Made by a program: the position numbers and the translations under genes
Notes under the pieces: model-generated
The model's database searches: none
What the model saw: only the letters and a program-made list of their open reading frames with translations
What the model was told of the DNA's origin: nothing
Part shown: positions 48,079 to 62,338 of the stretch, piece by piece
Numbering within the stretch: position 1 is the stretch's first letter
Layout of the letters: each line of letters starts with the position of its first letter
Source: Guillardia theta CCMP2712
Taxonomy: Eukaryota > Protista > Cryptophyta
Direction: 5' to 3'
Assembly (NCBI RefSeq): GCF_000315625.1
Contig: NW_005434561.1
Span: 1 to 64,000, forward strand
DNA: 64,000 bases

Positions 48079-51000
48079 TTAAGCGAGATATTTATAAACG
48101 CCGTTGTTGTCTTTGTCACGCTCCAAGTACTGCAGGGCATGTCAACTCTTCACACACTTCAAGTCACTCGAACCTCTCTGGAGATGAGACTCTCAATGCG
48201 ATTCTTGATCACCTGTCAACCCTCTTGTCACACAGGAGAAGCTCAGGTTCCTCCTACCTTGGGATCGGGTTTGAACAGCTTCATGAGCTGTTGGGAGACT
48301 TCCATCACCAGCTGCTGGTGTGCCATCGTCTTCCTCGCCTTCATCACACGGACGATGGACGCCTCCACAGCATGTTTCCTGACCAAACTCTCAGTGGGGA
48401 CAAACCTCGTGAGTCGCCCAACCTATCCTCGTCAACAGTTTGCTTTGTCGACAACTTCTCATCCTGCGAAACCTGCTTTGACTTAGCACTCTGTTTCGTG
48501 GAGAGATGGGATTCAAACCTTGGTAACAAGGAGCGACATCTTGATCTTCCTCTGACGATCTGTGAACTTGCTGCGAGGACATTGAGAACCGCCGGATCGA
48601 AAAGATACAAGAAAATACCGATTGAAAGTGAACACATCGGAATCTGCTATCTCCTTGCCCTTAGGGGTTTTGGTGAGAATTTGGTACCTAAGGCGAGCAT
48701 GACTCCAGGCCTCACGAGCAGGCGGACTTAAGCTTACTTGCTCAAGGCTAATGTCTGAAGATACTTCTTTAGCTCTTCCATGGGAAGCTTGGTCGCGTTC
48801 GCAATCTCCTGAGTTGTGTATTCCTCTTGCTGATTGTACAGCATTAAAATACATGCTTGGTAAGTAGAAATAACCTGAAAATTTCAAAACCTTTCAAAAG
48901 TTGTCAACGAATCGATAAACAATCTTACCAAATCGATCGGTTTTGGGTCAAATCTGCCCAATACTACACATGTTCCAAGGGTATGAATCCACTTCAACTT
49001 GCGATGAGATGTTCTGGATTCGTAGAATTGGGTGAACTTATCCACACACTTGACAAGCTCGTTTGGCAGGTTGACTTCGTCAACTTTGTAAGTGGGCCAG
49101 AATCCGGTTGTGAGCACTGTAACAGAGCATTCCATTCCTAGGTTGATATCATTATTTTTCATCCATTGCGTGAAGTTATTCTGCCCATCCTGCCAATCAT
49201 GTTTGAGAATCGAGCTCAAATGACTCAAAACAATGAGCAGAACCTTAGAAACATTCATATCTGTAAGCATTCCCTCCAGCTTGGAGGTGAATTGTGCACC
49301 GCATCGATACTGGTTTTGTGTCAGTGCCCATCCTCATCCTCAAGGAACGCTCAAGTCACCTTCAGCTTGGTGATCAAACTTCTCTCGTCATCATCCGATG
49401 CACTGCGATTGAGGAGCAATCTCTTCGCTAGTTGTTTTCTGTAGTACTCAGCAAACATGTCCTGTAAGCAGAAAGTCACACGGTGCGATGAAAGACAAAA
49501 AACAAACAAGTAAAAGGGGTGAAGACCATACCTTATCACTCAGGTAGGAGAAGAGCATCACAATCTTGTCAAGAATAGAATCGATCTCTCCTTCTATCTT
49601 GTCTCCACCAGTCTTCATAATGTTGTCACAGAAAGAAGACAAAAGCTCCGCGGTTGTGGTCGAGCCAATGTCCTTGTTCACGAAAACTTCAAAGGCCTCT
49701 TTCAAGACCTTCTGAAAAAGGGTATTGTTGCCAAAGGGTCCATTCACCAAGGCCAAGTACTGATCATGAAGTTCAATCAACTGCTGCGCATAGTTTGAGT
49801 GATCCTTTTCTCCCTCTTGCTTCCTGACCAAGCTCATTCCGACCTGTGTGAGTGTCAGGTTCTGCTGTGACCCCGAACAGAAAGCATTACATCTACAATA
49901 TGCTCTCGCACGATTTGACTGATTGGCTGTAGGCCACAATCCGGACTATTTGGTAACCTTGTAAACAATTTGTACATTCTTGCAAGATCTATGAGATAGT
50001 AAGATTCCAGAATTAGAACAAGGTTGAAATAAGACCTTCAGTCTTTCCTTCACGAAGAAGAGCTCTGCAACCAGTCTCTTCTTTGTCCAACAAGGCAGTT
50101 TGGTGTACAGCAAGCAGCTGGTTCTCACATTCCTACACCAACGTCAGTCCGAACGAAATCAACGAGGTTTGATGCCTTCAGAAGCTTTTCTTCACTGACA
50201 CTGTGAAGATACGCGTGCACCCTCTCCACTTCTTGCTGCAACCTGTTTTCGGCCTGTTTTACAAGCGACAAATTTGTTAATTTTTTATGAAGTAGAAGCG
50301 ATAAACGAGATGTTGAATTTACCTTCTTCATGTACTCTGGACAACTGTCTGTTGCAATCCATTGGGCACTTTCTCTTGCATAAAACTCACTGGTGGTAGC
50401 CAGTAGGTTTTGCTCCAACTCTTTGTTGTAAACATTGAATCTTGCTGCGCCAATGTCCCCCAACTCTTCGCCCACCCGAGTGGGGAATAGTGGTCTCCAG
50501 TCCCCGATCTCCACAAAAACCTGGCGAATGCATTTCAAACACAATACAGACATATATAATGATCAACACTACAAAACTTACATTTACAACAGACTTGAGA
50601 AGTTCTCGATCTACGTCTTCGCCTTCCCTTTCTTTCTCAATCATTCCCAAGATGCCTGCTCGTACATCTTCTTTGACTGCATTGAACACAACCTGCTCAA
50701 ACTTTTGAACACCTAAGAGGACAGGTCACATACTTCGTATATCACGTCATGAGAGCCTTACCCACTGCTTTAAGAGGCAGACCGCTTATGCGTTTAATGT
50801 AGAAGCGGTCCTGCGATTCAAATAAACGGCTGCAAGTAAGACATACGTGAAGACAACGTTACCAGATACACAAACAGCTTCCACATCTGTCGGACAAGGA
50901 GCTTGTGATTCTTCCACCTTTTGGCAAATTCGTGCAGCATAGCCTCTCCCTTTTTTGATTTGATAGCTGGGAGGACAGTTGCATGCAGGTAGGTTTCATA

Positions 51001-51265
51001 GATCATTCCGTATTTCTGATAGAGTTGATCTGCATAATTATTCGGTGCCTTCTGCGTACACATCGCATAGCAGTTCCTAAATCCATCAAATTACAACTAG
51101 CCCAGCCTGCAAGCTTATGAAAACTCACGTGTATAGCTCAGAATGCAGGGAAAGCGCAAATGGTTCTCTAAAACCGCCTTCCATGATCTCGATAAACTTG
51201 TCAAATCCTTCCTGCATTTTGCCCCATCCTTGTTCCAGCGTGATATAGTCTTGAGACTGCATCAT
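48079..51265 (-). CDS. CUL1: Cullin-1, multi-exon
   Basis: [13 protein letters not shown]; [18 protein letters not shown]; [23 protein letters not shown]; LFSYLSDK|[16 protein letters not shown]; GMLTDM; [12 protein letters not shown]; [11 protein letters not shown]; neddylation region [25 protein letters not shown]...[16 protein letters not shown]. Confidence 0.95.
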
Positions 51266-52854
51266 GCAGGGGAGATAGCACGGCAAGCGATTCAGACTAA
51301 GCCTGCTGAGACGCTGCTCCTGCTCCACAGACGAGTATGAAGCCTTAGGGCCTGGCTTGGATCGCAATCCTGAGCAACAGGAATGAGATACACAAATATG
51401 CAGCTGCAATTATCAAGCAGAAGGCATGGATACTTCAACAGACTGAATGAAACTGATATTTTACAACAGCCCTGATTTCAAACAAAACTATTTGGACCAC
51501 AAATTGCCACTTTCATCATTGAGTAGATCATCTTAAGGAAAAAGAAACTTGTGATTAGGACTTCAAACTACTATAACAAATGTTGTACACGGATCGATCG
51601 AGCAAAACAATGGAAGTGAGTACTTGAGGTCTTCGGACATGTGCAAGGGATCTGAATCGGATGTGGGCAATCGAGCGTACAGTACAACAGATAGAGACAG
51701 GAGACAGAGACAATAATACAAAGAACAAGTTAAAATGACTCAGGAGAGGGTAGCAATGTCAAGCAACTGCGGAAGGGACCGAGACCAGAGGGATGGACAA
51801 AGAATGAAGCAAGAATGAAGAGGAAAAACGAAAGGGAGATGACGATGATAAGGAAGGAGAGAGAAATCAGCAGAAGAAGGAGAGCTAGAGTAGGTTGATG
51901 AGCAGTAGGATCAAGAGAAGAAGGGGAGGGAGGAGTAAGCAGATGCTGGAGCCGTGTCGCCGCTTTCTGGCCTAGCAGCAGGGAGCATTGCGGCAGAGGG
52001 TCTGAGCTGTCCTATCGTGCGATCTCGGGAAACTTGGCTTCCTGAGGGTAGGGTCATGACACAAGAAAACTCGAAATTTATTGGTAATATTCTATATTGA
52101 ACTTCTCAATTATGTTTAATTTTACGGAAATATTTTCAATGGCCGGTACTTCCATCGCCAACTTCCGAAGGAATTGGTTCGAATTAGTCGGGTATAAAGT
52201 AAGGGGTGGGGCTTCTTGAAATATAGGGTAGGGTGCAGTACCCACCCCTGGAATCCCGAGGCATTACAAAAATTCCTACCTTGGAGTGGGTAGTAATTTA
52301 TCAGGTTCTAGCAATGCTATACCAGGGAGGATATGCCTAGGAGGATACGACAGGGTGGGCGGGATAGAGGGGGTGGGGACATGCGAGGTTCCAGAGGAGT
52401 GAAGTACCGGTACTTATGTGACTAGACTCACTCAGTGATATGAACCCTACTGCCGGGCAGTGGCCCCGGGCCGATCGGGCCCGCCGGGATCCGAGTCTGG
52501 GCCCGGCCACCGTCACAGTCACGGACTCGCACGGACGCCGCCGGCCCGGCCACCGACTCTCGGGAACTTGTGACTTCGGAACGGCCTGAGTCCGAAGTTC
52601 CTCTAAGAGAACAGGCTCGTCATCTTGCCGCTGCTCACAGTGACTGGCAGTGGCCCTCGGGTAGCCGCGGCTGTGAGTCCGATCCGATGATGGACTGTCG
52701 GATCGGACGGTCCCGGCGTGGACCGACCGGCCAGGTGCCGGTGTGACTTCGGAACCGTCCAGCAGCAAGTGCCCATGCCAGAAAGTGTAACGTCGATTTC
52801 TACTGAGAAGCTCAACTGGCAAAGTGCCATCGGACTCCCGTTTTGATTGTGGCA

Positions 52855-53161
52855 TGCACAACCCCTACCTCTCCATTCGCTGGGCTCGCTGAGGCTGGGA
52901 ATGCTCACCGTCACTCACTGTCAGTCTACAGCCGTCAGGGAGATTCATGCAACGTCAGGGCCACTCTGGAGCACAATGGGAAGGTGTATGCCGCGTTTCA
53001 AAGACATCTCTCCTACCGTAGTACCTCCTTGAACCTGGCAACTGAGGACGCTGTCCTGGAGTCCTGAGGACGCCGTCCCGGAGTCCACGAAGACTTCGTG
53101 CTTGTGCTACATCTACGATGAGCAGAGGAAGATCTTCGTGCCTCGTTCACGGGTGTGGTAG
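52855..53161 (+). CDS. Possible small hypothetical protein
   Basis: Exon-like frames (GDSCNVRATLEHNGK..., EDAVPESTKTSCLCYIYDEQRKIFVPRSRVW*) downstream of a promoter-like island; splicing not resolved. Confidence 0.25.
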
Positions 53162-53797
53162 ATGACAGTGGATGCAGGGACATGGAACGCTAGCTGAAGC
53201 TCACCTGAGGCTCAGGTGAAGCAGAAGGGAGGAGAGCAGATAGTAACAAGACACATCGGAATGTGATGTTGTTGAGAAGGAGCTTCCTTGAATCAAGAAT
53301 GAGCATATGATCCATCTGCTCAGGAAAGAAGCGTTGACTTGCGTCACGTCTCTTCTTCGACCGCTCACACGCATCATGCTCAACAACATCACATCCCGAT
53401 GGGTCTTATTGCTATCTGCTCTCCTCCCTTCTCGTGCCTTCCTTTGCTCCTGCCCCTCTCCCAACTTTCTCTGCTTTCCACTTGCGCTCGCTCGTCTACT
53501 CTCTCGATCTCCTCGTCCTCCTCGTCCTCTTCGTCCTCCTCGTCCTCCTCGTCCTCGTCCTCGTCCTCCTCGTCCTCCTCGTCCTCCTCGTCCTCCTCGT
53601 CCTCCTCGTCCTCCTTGTCCTCCTTGTCCTCGTCCTCGTCCTCGTCCTCCTCGTCCTCGTCCTCGTCCTTGTCCTGCTCTTCTGTCCCTTGAGTTCTCCT
53701 TCAATCTTCTTCTGTCATGTACGACTCGGTCGTCTTCTTGCCGTCTGCTGCCTTTTGAGTATTTCACTGGGTGGGGTAGCACGAATTTGCTGCCCCC

Positions 53798-55726
53798 ATG
53801 CTGCTTCTGCTCCTCCTCCATGCTTGTGTTGTGGCGAGTGGAGGAGCTGGGGCAGGAGGAGGAGGAGGAGGAGGAGGAGGAGGAGGAGGAGGAGGAGGAG
53901 GAGGAGGAGGAGGAGGAGGAGGAGGAGGAGGAGGAGGAGGAGGAGGTCTGAAGTTCTCCACTGAGCGTGGTTGTGGGAGGAATGCATTATGCTTTCTGAA
54001 TGCCCCCTCCTCTCGCCCTCGTTCTTGCCATCCTTCGATCACCCCCCTGAGGCTATCTCAGTCCTCGTCCTCGTCCTCGTCCTCCTCTTCCTCGATCCCG
54101 CCATCATCTCGCTCACTAGCTGAGTGCTTGTCTCGTGTGCTGGAGCAAGGAGGGGGCTGGCCGTACCTGGGAGTAACGCCTCAAAGCGCTTCCAGCTTCG
54201 ACCTTGAGGTGAAGGACATGGGACTGGCGATCTGCTGAGCCATCGCAGGTAGGAGAAGATGTTATCTACGAGGACAGGAGCGTCAGGCTGGTGGGCAAGC
54301 GGGAGTACCTCGAGACGGCTCGTCTATGGCGGCAACAGCTCGAGGAGGACGCTTGTCAACTCTCGGTCCTTGTCACCTCCTGCCAGCAGGTCGAGGCCAA
54401 CGTCGTCCTCCTGCGGTACAACATGAGCTGGACCCCAGCAAGAGCGGCATGGCTGGAGGAGGTTGGAAAGCTTCCCTGGATCAAGGTGCAGAGGAGAGAC
54501 CTGCTGCACAAGCTGAGAGAGAAGAGTCGCTTCTCTTGGACGTCAGTTGGGCTCTTCTTCCGCAAGCTGGTGCTCGAGAGGGAGCTCATCATCCCTCAAG
54601 CTGTCATCCGAGCCAACGCCCAGCTGACGTTCCAGCTGGAGGGAGCAGAGCTGACGTCACAGGCGGAGGGAGCAGAGGCACAAGCTCGTCGGATGAAACT
54701 CGTGCGGCACAGCGAGGACTTTGAGCTCCTCGACAGCCTCGTGCGCGGCGAGCTGCAGAACCGCGTCCTCTGCTACGACCTCCTGCAGTTTCTTGATGCG
54801 AGGAGGCCCAAGGTGAAGAGGAAGCAGCTGTGCGAGCGAGGCTGAGGAGGATGGCAGAACGTGAGCCTGGATGACTGGAACGATCTTCTCCTCTCCAAGT
54901 TCGACTTCCAGAGCGTGCCAGGTATCATATGAGGAAACGAAGGCGGAGTGACAGGAGTAGTGAGGGAGGAGAGGCGATAGTGCAGTCACCTCTGTGGATG
55001 ACATGCGATCTGTTCAGGCATGGGAGTCCTTGACATACCTGACTTGGAGGAGCAGGAAGGTTTACTAGCTGGTGATTTCCTCTTCCTCCTCCTCCTCCTC
55101 CTCTTCCTCCTCATTTCCCTCCTATCCTCCTCCTTCCTCCTCCTCGTCCTCCTCGTCCTCCTCGTCCTCCTCGTCCACCTCGTCCTCCTCGTCCTCGTCC
55201 TCGTCCTCGTCCTCCTCGTCCTCCTCGTCCTCGTCCTCGTCCTCGTCCTCCTCGTCCTCCTCGTCCTCCTCGTCCTCGTCCTCGTCCTCGTCCTCCTCGT
55301 CCTCCTCGTCCTCGTCCCCGTCCTCGTCCTCCTCGTCCTCGTCCTCGTCCTCCTTTCCCTCCTATCCTCCTCCTCCTCCTCCTCGGTGATTCTCATTTCA
55401 CTGTCAAAGGAGGAGCTGTAGTCCTTGGATACCTCACCCTCTGCGCTATCGCCGTGGGAGGTGACGGGCGGGCAGCGGGGAGGTGGGGGAAGGGCATGAC
55501 ATGGTTACAGCATTCATCGCAACCGTCTACCTTCAGCAGGTTGATCCATGAAGGAGGAGGAGGAGGAGGAGGAGGAGGAGGAGGAGGAGGAGGAGAAAGG
55601 AGGAGGAGGATGAGGATGAGGATGAGGAGGAGGAGGAGGAGGGAGGAGGAGGAAGGAGGAAGGAGTTTGATGAGTGCGAGCAGGTGCAGGAGATGGGCTA
55701 CATGGAGGAAGCGATATCGCTACTAA
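53798..55726 (+). CDS. Hypothetical protein with signal/transit-like leader, possible NTF2/SnoaL (DUF2358-like) fold
   Basis: MLLLLLLHACVVASG leader, S/R-rich linker, then VGEDVIYEDRSVRLVGKREY...LRYNMSW...IRANAQLTF...KLVRHSEDF (ORF 54291-54845). 3' end uncertain. Confidence 0.55.
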
Positions 55727-55879
55727 TCTCTTGATTCATCAAATCTTCTCGAATCCCCATTAATCTTCCTCTCCCACCTCTAGAATTCCTCCCCATCTTC
55801 CTTCTCCTTCTCCTTCTCCCCCTCCTCCTCCTTTTCATCCGAATTGGCCTCGCCCTCCGTTGAACCGCATCCTGCACAT

Positions 55880-57176
55880 CACTCAGCGCAAGAATACAAG
55901 AGGAGGTTCCAGGACCCGTTGGCGTTCGGAGCGCCCATGGAAGGAGAGAACATTCCTTGCATCTGCTAAGTGCACCACAAGATCTGGTCAGGACGGCAGG
56001 GACGAGAGGAAGGGAGCTGAAGAAAAGGAGGAGGAAACAAGAGAATACCATAGAGCAGCACTGGTAGGAGGAGAAGGAGGAGGTACGTGTTTGAGGGGGA
56101 GGGGGGGGGGGAGGGCGGGGGATTCTGAAGGAGGAGGAGGAGAGATACCGTTTGTGCAGGCAGGTTCATCCCTCGGAAGCCTCTGGCACCCATCGGATTC
56201 ATATTTCCTGCCGCTGTCATCAATTGACTTCCCCTATTGCAAGCTCGCCTCGCTTACCTCCCATCCCCATGGACTGCATCCCGGGCTGAAACGCTTCCAT
56301 CCTCCCTCCATCGCCCGGCATGCCTCCACCAAACATCCCACCTACGGTACCTCGTCAGCTCTAGAGCTCTTCCTGACCTCCCCGGCTCTCACCTCCGCCC
56401 ATGAGATTCATATCGAAGCCTCCTGGTCTCATCATCCCCGGACCCATTCCATTCTGCATGTTTCCCATTTGCCTTCCTCCTCCTCCTCCTCCTCCTCCTC
56501 CTTGCATCGGCATGTTCCTTCGTTCGTTGTAATCGAAATTCTTCTCGAGCGGCCGCGAACTTCTCTGTCCCTCCATCTTCGCGGTCTTCCATTCCTTCTC
56601 CTCGCTCTCCTCCAGCCTCCTGTCTCGCCTTGGCGGGCTTGGCTTTCGCGGCTTGGGCGGCGGCAGCTCCTCCTCCTCCTCCTCGTACTCCTCATGGTAC
56701 ATCCTCGCATGTCGTCCACCACCCGAGCTATGAAGGAAGCGATCCGGCGAGTGAGACAGCGAAGGCTGAGAGAGATTCAGGGGGGCTCGGAGGGCCGTGG
56801 AAGGACGTTGTGGAATGGAAGGGGGAAAATGCTGCTGCTGCTGCTGCCGGAACTGCTGCGGGAACTGCTGCTGCTGCTGCTGCTGCTGGTGAGGATTGTG
56901 GTGCAGGTGCTGCTGGTGTTGCTGCTGCTGAGGTGGGAACTGCTGCTGCTGAGGTGGGAACTGCTGCTGCTGAGGTGGGAACTGCTGCTGCTGAGGTGGG
57001 AACTGCTGAGGTGGGAACTGCTGCTGCTGCTGCTGCTGAGGTGGGAACTGCTGAGGTGGGAACTGCTGTTGCTGCTGCTGCCGTTGTTGTTGTGGGATCT
57101 GCTGCGGGAACTGCTGCTGCTGAGATGGGAACTGTGGCTGTTGCTGCTGCTGCTGCTGTGGAAACCGCTGCGGGAA

Positions 57177-57212
<36 letters not shown>

Positions 57213-60200
57213 GAGGTTGTTGTGCAAGTGCTGCTGGTGGGGCATTGGATGCTGCTGATGCTGCGGCTGCTGCTGCGGCTGCTGCTGCATCTGCCCCATC
57301 ATTTGAGGCATCACCTGGGGTGGTATTGGCCCCGGGCTTCCATACTGATGAGGAGCTTGCATCATTCCCTGCTGGGGTCGAGGGAACCCTCCGGTGACGT
57401 GCTGCTGCTGCTGCTGGGGAGGAGGAGGATGTTGCGGCAGGTACTGGCTCTGTACCTGACCTCCCATGCTGCCTCCCATCTGTTGGGCAGAACCTGATGT
57501 GAAGCTGATCAGAGAGCGGTGAAGGTCAAGAGCTGGAGGGTAGGAGTGGGGATGAGGCCAAAAGGCGAGGGCAAGAGCTCGTGGCTTGAGGACATCAAGA
57601 TACCTCCGTATGGGAGGCCGGGAGAGAGAGACGCCGGGGGGGCCTGAGGGAGAGGATAAGAGGCGGCACAGGAGGGCGACAAGAAGCGACATGAGGCGAT
57701 ACTGACAGGCCTTGAGCCAAGGGGGCAGCGACCTGAAGGCAGAAGATCAGACCAGACTCAACAAGGTTCGACAGAGGAGGCGGCAGAACCTGCGCGTGTG
57801 TGAGGGGGTTAGTCCAGCTCGACGCTTGAGCAGGAAAGCTGTAGGCTTGAGAAGAGTCAGTTCGAGATCAAACTCTCTCTGTCTCTGCTTCTGCTTCTGC
57901 TTCTGCTTCTGTTTCTGTTTCTTCCTCCCTCTGTCCCTCTGTCCCTCTGTCCCTCCGTCCCTCCCCCCCCCCCCCCTCCGTCCCTCCCTTCCTGCCTGCC
58001 TCTTTCACCTGTTCCAGCATCTGCTGCGGGCTGAGGGTGCAAAGGAGACGGCTGGAGCTGCTGGGGCTGAGGAGGAGGCTGAGGAGGAGGCTGGGGGGGT
58101 GGAGTTTGATGCTTCTTGGGAGCTTTCTTCTCGCCCGCACTCTTGACGACCTTCTTTGGCTCCTCCTTCACCTCCTCTTGTTTGAGTTTCTCCTCCTTTG
58201 ACTTCATATCACTCTCGAGACACAAGGTCCAAGTGTCCTCACCTCTGCTGCTTCTTCCTCCGCCTTCTTCTTCGCTGCAGCCTGCTGGGAGTCAGCTGAC
58301 AGGAACACACCAATTGATGAAACCTCCTCCTCGAGTCGTTTGGCCTTCTTCTCTTCCGAAGTCTTCTTCTTGAAATGACCGAGAGAAACCTGAACAGTAA
58401 TGCAAGAACCAGTGTGAAGAGGACAGGTAAAGATCAAGGAAAAGCGAGGGATCAAGAACAGAACAGGGGCAAAGATGGAGACAGCAACGAGAAGTTGAAA
58501 GGGTACACGGCGGCCGAGGAGAGGGAGGAGGAGAGACGAGGAGGAGGAGAGACGAGGAGCAGGAAGAGAGGAGGAGGAGGAGGAGGAGGAGGAGGAAGAG
58601 ACCTCTTTCTTGGATCCGAAGGAGATTGAAACTTTCTTCTTGGAGTCCGCCAGAAGAATCTCACTCACCGCCTTCTCATCCGATGAAAGAAACGCGAGCA
58701 GGGGATTGTGTCCCGCCTTCCACACCTGCTCCTTGTCAGATGTTTCTTCCTCTCCCTCCTCTCTACCCTGCTCCCGTCTCTTCCCTTCCTCCTCCCTCCT
58801 CCTCCCTCCTCCTCCCCCCTTCTCTCCACTCCCTCCCCTCGTCGCTTGTCTCCATCTCCCATCTATCACCTCCGTTTCTCCGGCTACTCTCTTCGCCATA
58901 GTGTAGTCACTGAAGGCCTTCATCCTGTCGGCCGCACTCTCTTCCCCCAGCTGGCACAGCATCTTGAGCACCTGTTTCCACCTCAGCATCCAGCTCCACT
59001 CCAGCTGCGCCTCTGGCCCTCACCTCCTCGTTGGTCACATCCTCAGGCTTGCAAAGGCCACTGTGTACGAGAGGGAGCTGAGGGAGCGTCAGAGGAGGGG
59101 CAGAAAGAGAAAGTCCCTTGCCATGATGCCTCGCAACTTCTTGCGAAGCTCGACTTCCTGAGGATCCAACTTTTCTGCAGAGGTTTCAGCTGGAGCTGTC
59201 GGAGAGGTTCCAACCTTTTCTCCCTCGCCCCTCGGGGTCGTCTGACGTCTTCTCATCTATCGGGTTCAAGTCACGCTGACCGTCGTCAGGGTGGGACACA
59301 AGTACCAGCATGCTGCTTCACAGCAGCGGAGACTGCCGCTGCCAACTGTAAGCCCCAGTGAGTTGATTACTCAGAAGAATGACGGCTAACGATGGCACCA
59401 AGGAGGGAAACAGGAAGGAGAAGCATCAAGTGAAGAGGAATTCCGAGAAAGGGGAGGCAGCAGGAGTAAAGAAGAAAACGAGAAATGCCTTGGCTGCAAT
59501 CGTAGAGGATCGGTCAGCGTCGCTCAAGCCTTCTTGATCGTTGTCTCCCGCAACCTCCCTGACACTGAAAAGTGAGAGACGAAACAAGAGAGGGGCGGGG
59601 GCGGGGGGTGGGCGGGGAATTAAATTGAGAGGCGAAGGGAAGGATAGCAGGTGAATTTAGTGGAGAGACAAGGAGAGGTCGGCACTCCTCCTAGTAACTC
59701 GTTGAGCGCAAAATGTAGAGGATTGGAAGAGAGGAAACGATCGTTCAAGGGAAGTGCAGGACGAGGATCTAGCCAACATCGCACATGGTTTCTGACGAGC
59801 GAGGAGGGTACAGCGGGTTGGATGCTGTAGAATTAGCATCATCATCTTCAATCTGCTGCTGTCCTTCATCCTCTTGTTGCTTCGAAACTTCCTCCTTATC
59901 CATTTGAACCTTGTTGGGGATCGTCTCCTCTTTGATCCCATCTCGTTCAGCCTCCACCTTCATGCTCTCGGCAGCAGCAGATCGTGTCTCCTCATCTCTC
60001 ATACGCCTTTCAGATTTAACTTCCTCTCTTCTCTCCACCGAAGATGTCGACCTCACCCCTTCCGTCTGGACCATCGAGTCCCTCGCTCGCCTCAGATCTT
60101 GGCGCATTCTGTCTAGGTCTTCATCTTCCTCTGTTATTTCTCTTTGAGGTTTCCTTTCAGAGTCATCTTCTTCTCTCCTCTCAGGTCTGCGCAGCTCCTC

Positions 60201-61632
60201 CTCGAACCTCCGCTCTTGCCTCCTCTCTTCCTCCCCTCGTCGAAGTCGGTAGTCTTCTCTCCATCCTCTCCCTCCATCTCTCGCATTTTCCCCCTCGTCA
60301 TCTTCCGACTTGCGCATCCTCCCAAAACGGTCCATTCTAGCATCCATGCCCTCCCTACCCTCCGGCCTTTCCCTCGTTCGCGTGCTATCAAGCTGCCGTT
60401 TCTCTGTGACCTGACCTTGTCGTCAGCATCTCATCGACAGCAGATTGCAGTGTCACGTCTACCTCCTCGTCATCCTCCGACCTTCCCCGTACACGGTCAC
60501 TGCCACAAGGCTCAGAGATCTCAAGCAAGCATGTTGCTCAGAGCAATGGGACCTTCTGTTCGAGTCTCGAAGGCTCCGCCTTGCTCCCTTCCTCCTGGGT
60601 CCAAACTATCACACCTGGCCTAAAGAAGCAACATTGCCATACCCCCGCATCTTCCTTGTTCTGCGCTCTTCCCCATCTCCACTTCCTTCATTGTTTTCTC
60701 CTGCACTAGATTCGCTGCTGTCATGTTCTCTTATCCTCAGCCGGATACTCGACGTGCTTGAATCTTCCCCATCCTCCTTACTGCTCACACTCAAACTCCT
60801 CTTCCTCACGCTGCTTGCACTGCTTTCGCTTCCCACACTTCGGCTTCTTCCACGACCGCCGCCGCTGCCGCTGCTACTGTCCTCCCCCAAAACTTTGCGA
60901 ATTCGCTCTTTTGTCTTCTTTCGTAGCTCCCTCTTCCTCACACCTCTGTCACTATCACTCCCTCTCGTGTCGCCTGCGTCCGCTCTGGCACTGATCTTAG
61001 GGCGCCTGCAGCAGAACTGAGGAGGGAGCCGAAGGACCAAGGAAGAGCACGAGGAGAAGGAAAGCTGAAGCGAAGGAGGAGGAAAGCAAATCATACCTCG
61101 GGGGGCTTGCAGCCTGCTCCGAGACCTAGGATGGAGTTAGAGATAGGAAAGTGTGATGTATGGACGCATCAGTCGCTCACAGATCTTCTCTCCACAGCTC
61201 TTCCTCGACTGTCCGTGAACAAGTCAACTCGTAAGAACAAGCTTCCCCTCACTTCTCCTCCTTGCCTGGGGCTCTTCGACTTTGCGGTTTCCTTGGGAGA
61301 CCTTGCAAGAGGATCAGGGGTCAAGAGGCGATAGCATAAGGTGGAGGAATACATGTTCTCCGTTGTTGGCCCTCGCCGTCTCTTCATGGCAGGCTCTGGA
61401 CTGTTGGAGCTGGAACACACAGTCACACGACAGGCTAGGAAGTCAAACATTCGTACCCGCTCCCGCCCGATCGTTGTCGTCGTCTCAACACAGGGCTTCG
61501 GCTCCTCGACAAGCTCCTTCTCAACCGTCACTGAGAGAACGAAAAGGAACATCATGCTCACCGTCGCACAGGGGAGTCGCTCATAGAGCCTTCGGAGTCC
61601 ATCTTCTCTGCGCGAACGACGTCAAGGCCATG
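55880..61632 (-). CDS. Large low-complexity hypothetical protein (R/S/E/D-rich N-terminal half, Q/P-rich C-terminal half), multi-exon
   Basis: Co-oriented exons: 61169-61561, 60609-61094 (RS-rich), 59769-60347 (R/E-rich), 58204-58989, 57857-58225 and 56361-57500 (QQQFPP repeats, G/M-rich tail). No catalytic domain recognised. Confidence 0.55.
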
Positions 61633-62338
61633 GCCTGGTGGGCTGCTACGACTTCGAGGGGCAGGGGTGAATCGACTCACCTCAACTTGGAACACGCAAG
61701 TACTATGGGATGAGTATTCACCTCAACGGGCAGTGCTACACAAGGCTAGACGTACAGCTCCACATGTGCATGAAGAGATCCCTTCAATGAAGTATCAGTC
61801 ACACAAGGAACAAGTGGGCCTCATCACATAACATTCTTCAAAGAGACCATTCCGTCATATGCATATGTTCAATCTTCACATCTTTACACTTGAAGAGGTG
61901 TAGTACGCAACTATCTGTGAACTTCGCTTACAGACACAAGAAAATCGTATGATATTTGACTCCAGCCTAACTAGTTGCAAGTGTGAACCTTTTCTATTCA
62001 TTCTCCTTCTCCTCTCCTTCTGTTTCGCGCTGTGCACATCACGTGATCCTGGTTTGAATATCCTCATCGTCCTCTTCCCACTTCTTTCTTCTGTCCTCCC
62101 TCCTCTCCTCCCTCCTTCCTCTCCCCACTTCTCCCTCCTCTCCTTGCTCCTTGCTCCTCTCGTTCCTCCTCCTCATCTCATCACTCCTCCCTCCTCACCT
62201 TCCTCCTTCTTCCTTCCTCCCTCCATCCTCATATCCTCTCTCCTTCTTCATCTCCTCTCACCTTCCTCCTCTCCTCCTATTTCTCTTCCCGCCATCACAT
62301 CTCTGTGCCGCATCGCACGACGGCACGCTCTCACTGCC

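Noticed and set aside
55860-57497. 545-aa + strand Leu-rich 'membrane protein'
   Set aside because: Antisense reading of the CAG-rich poly-Q region of the minus-strand gene.
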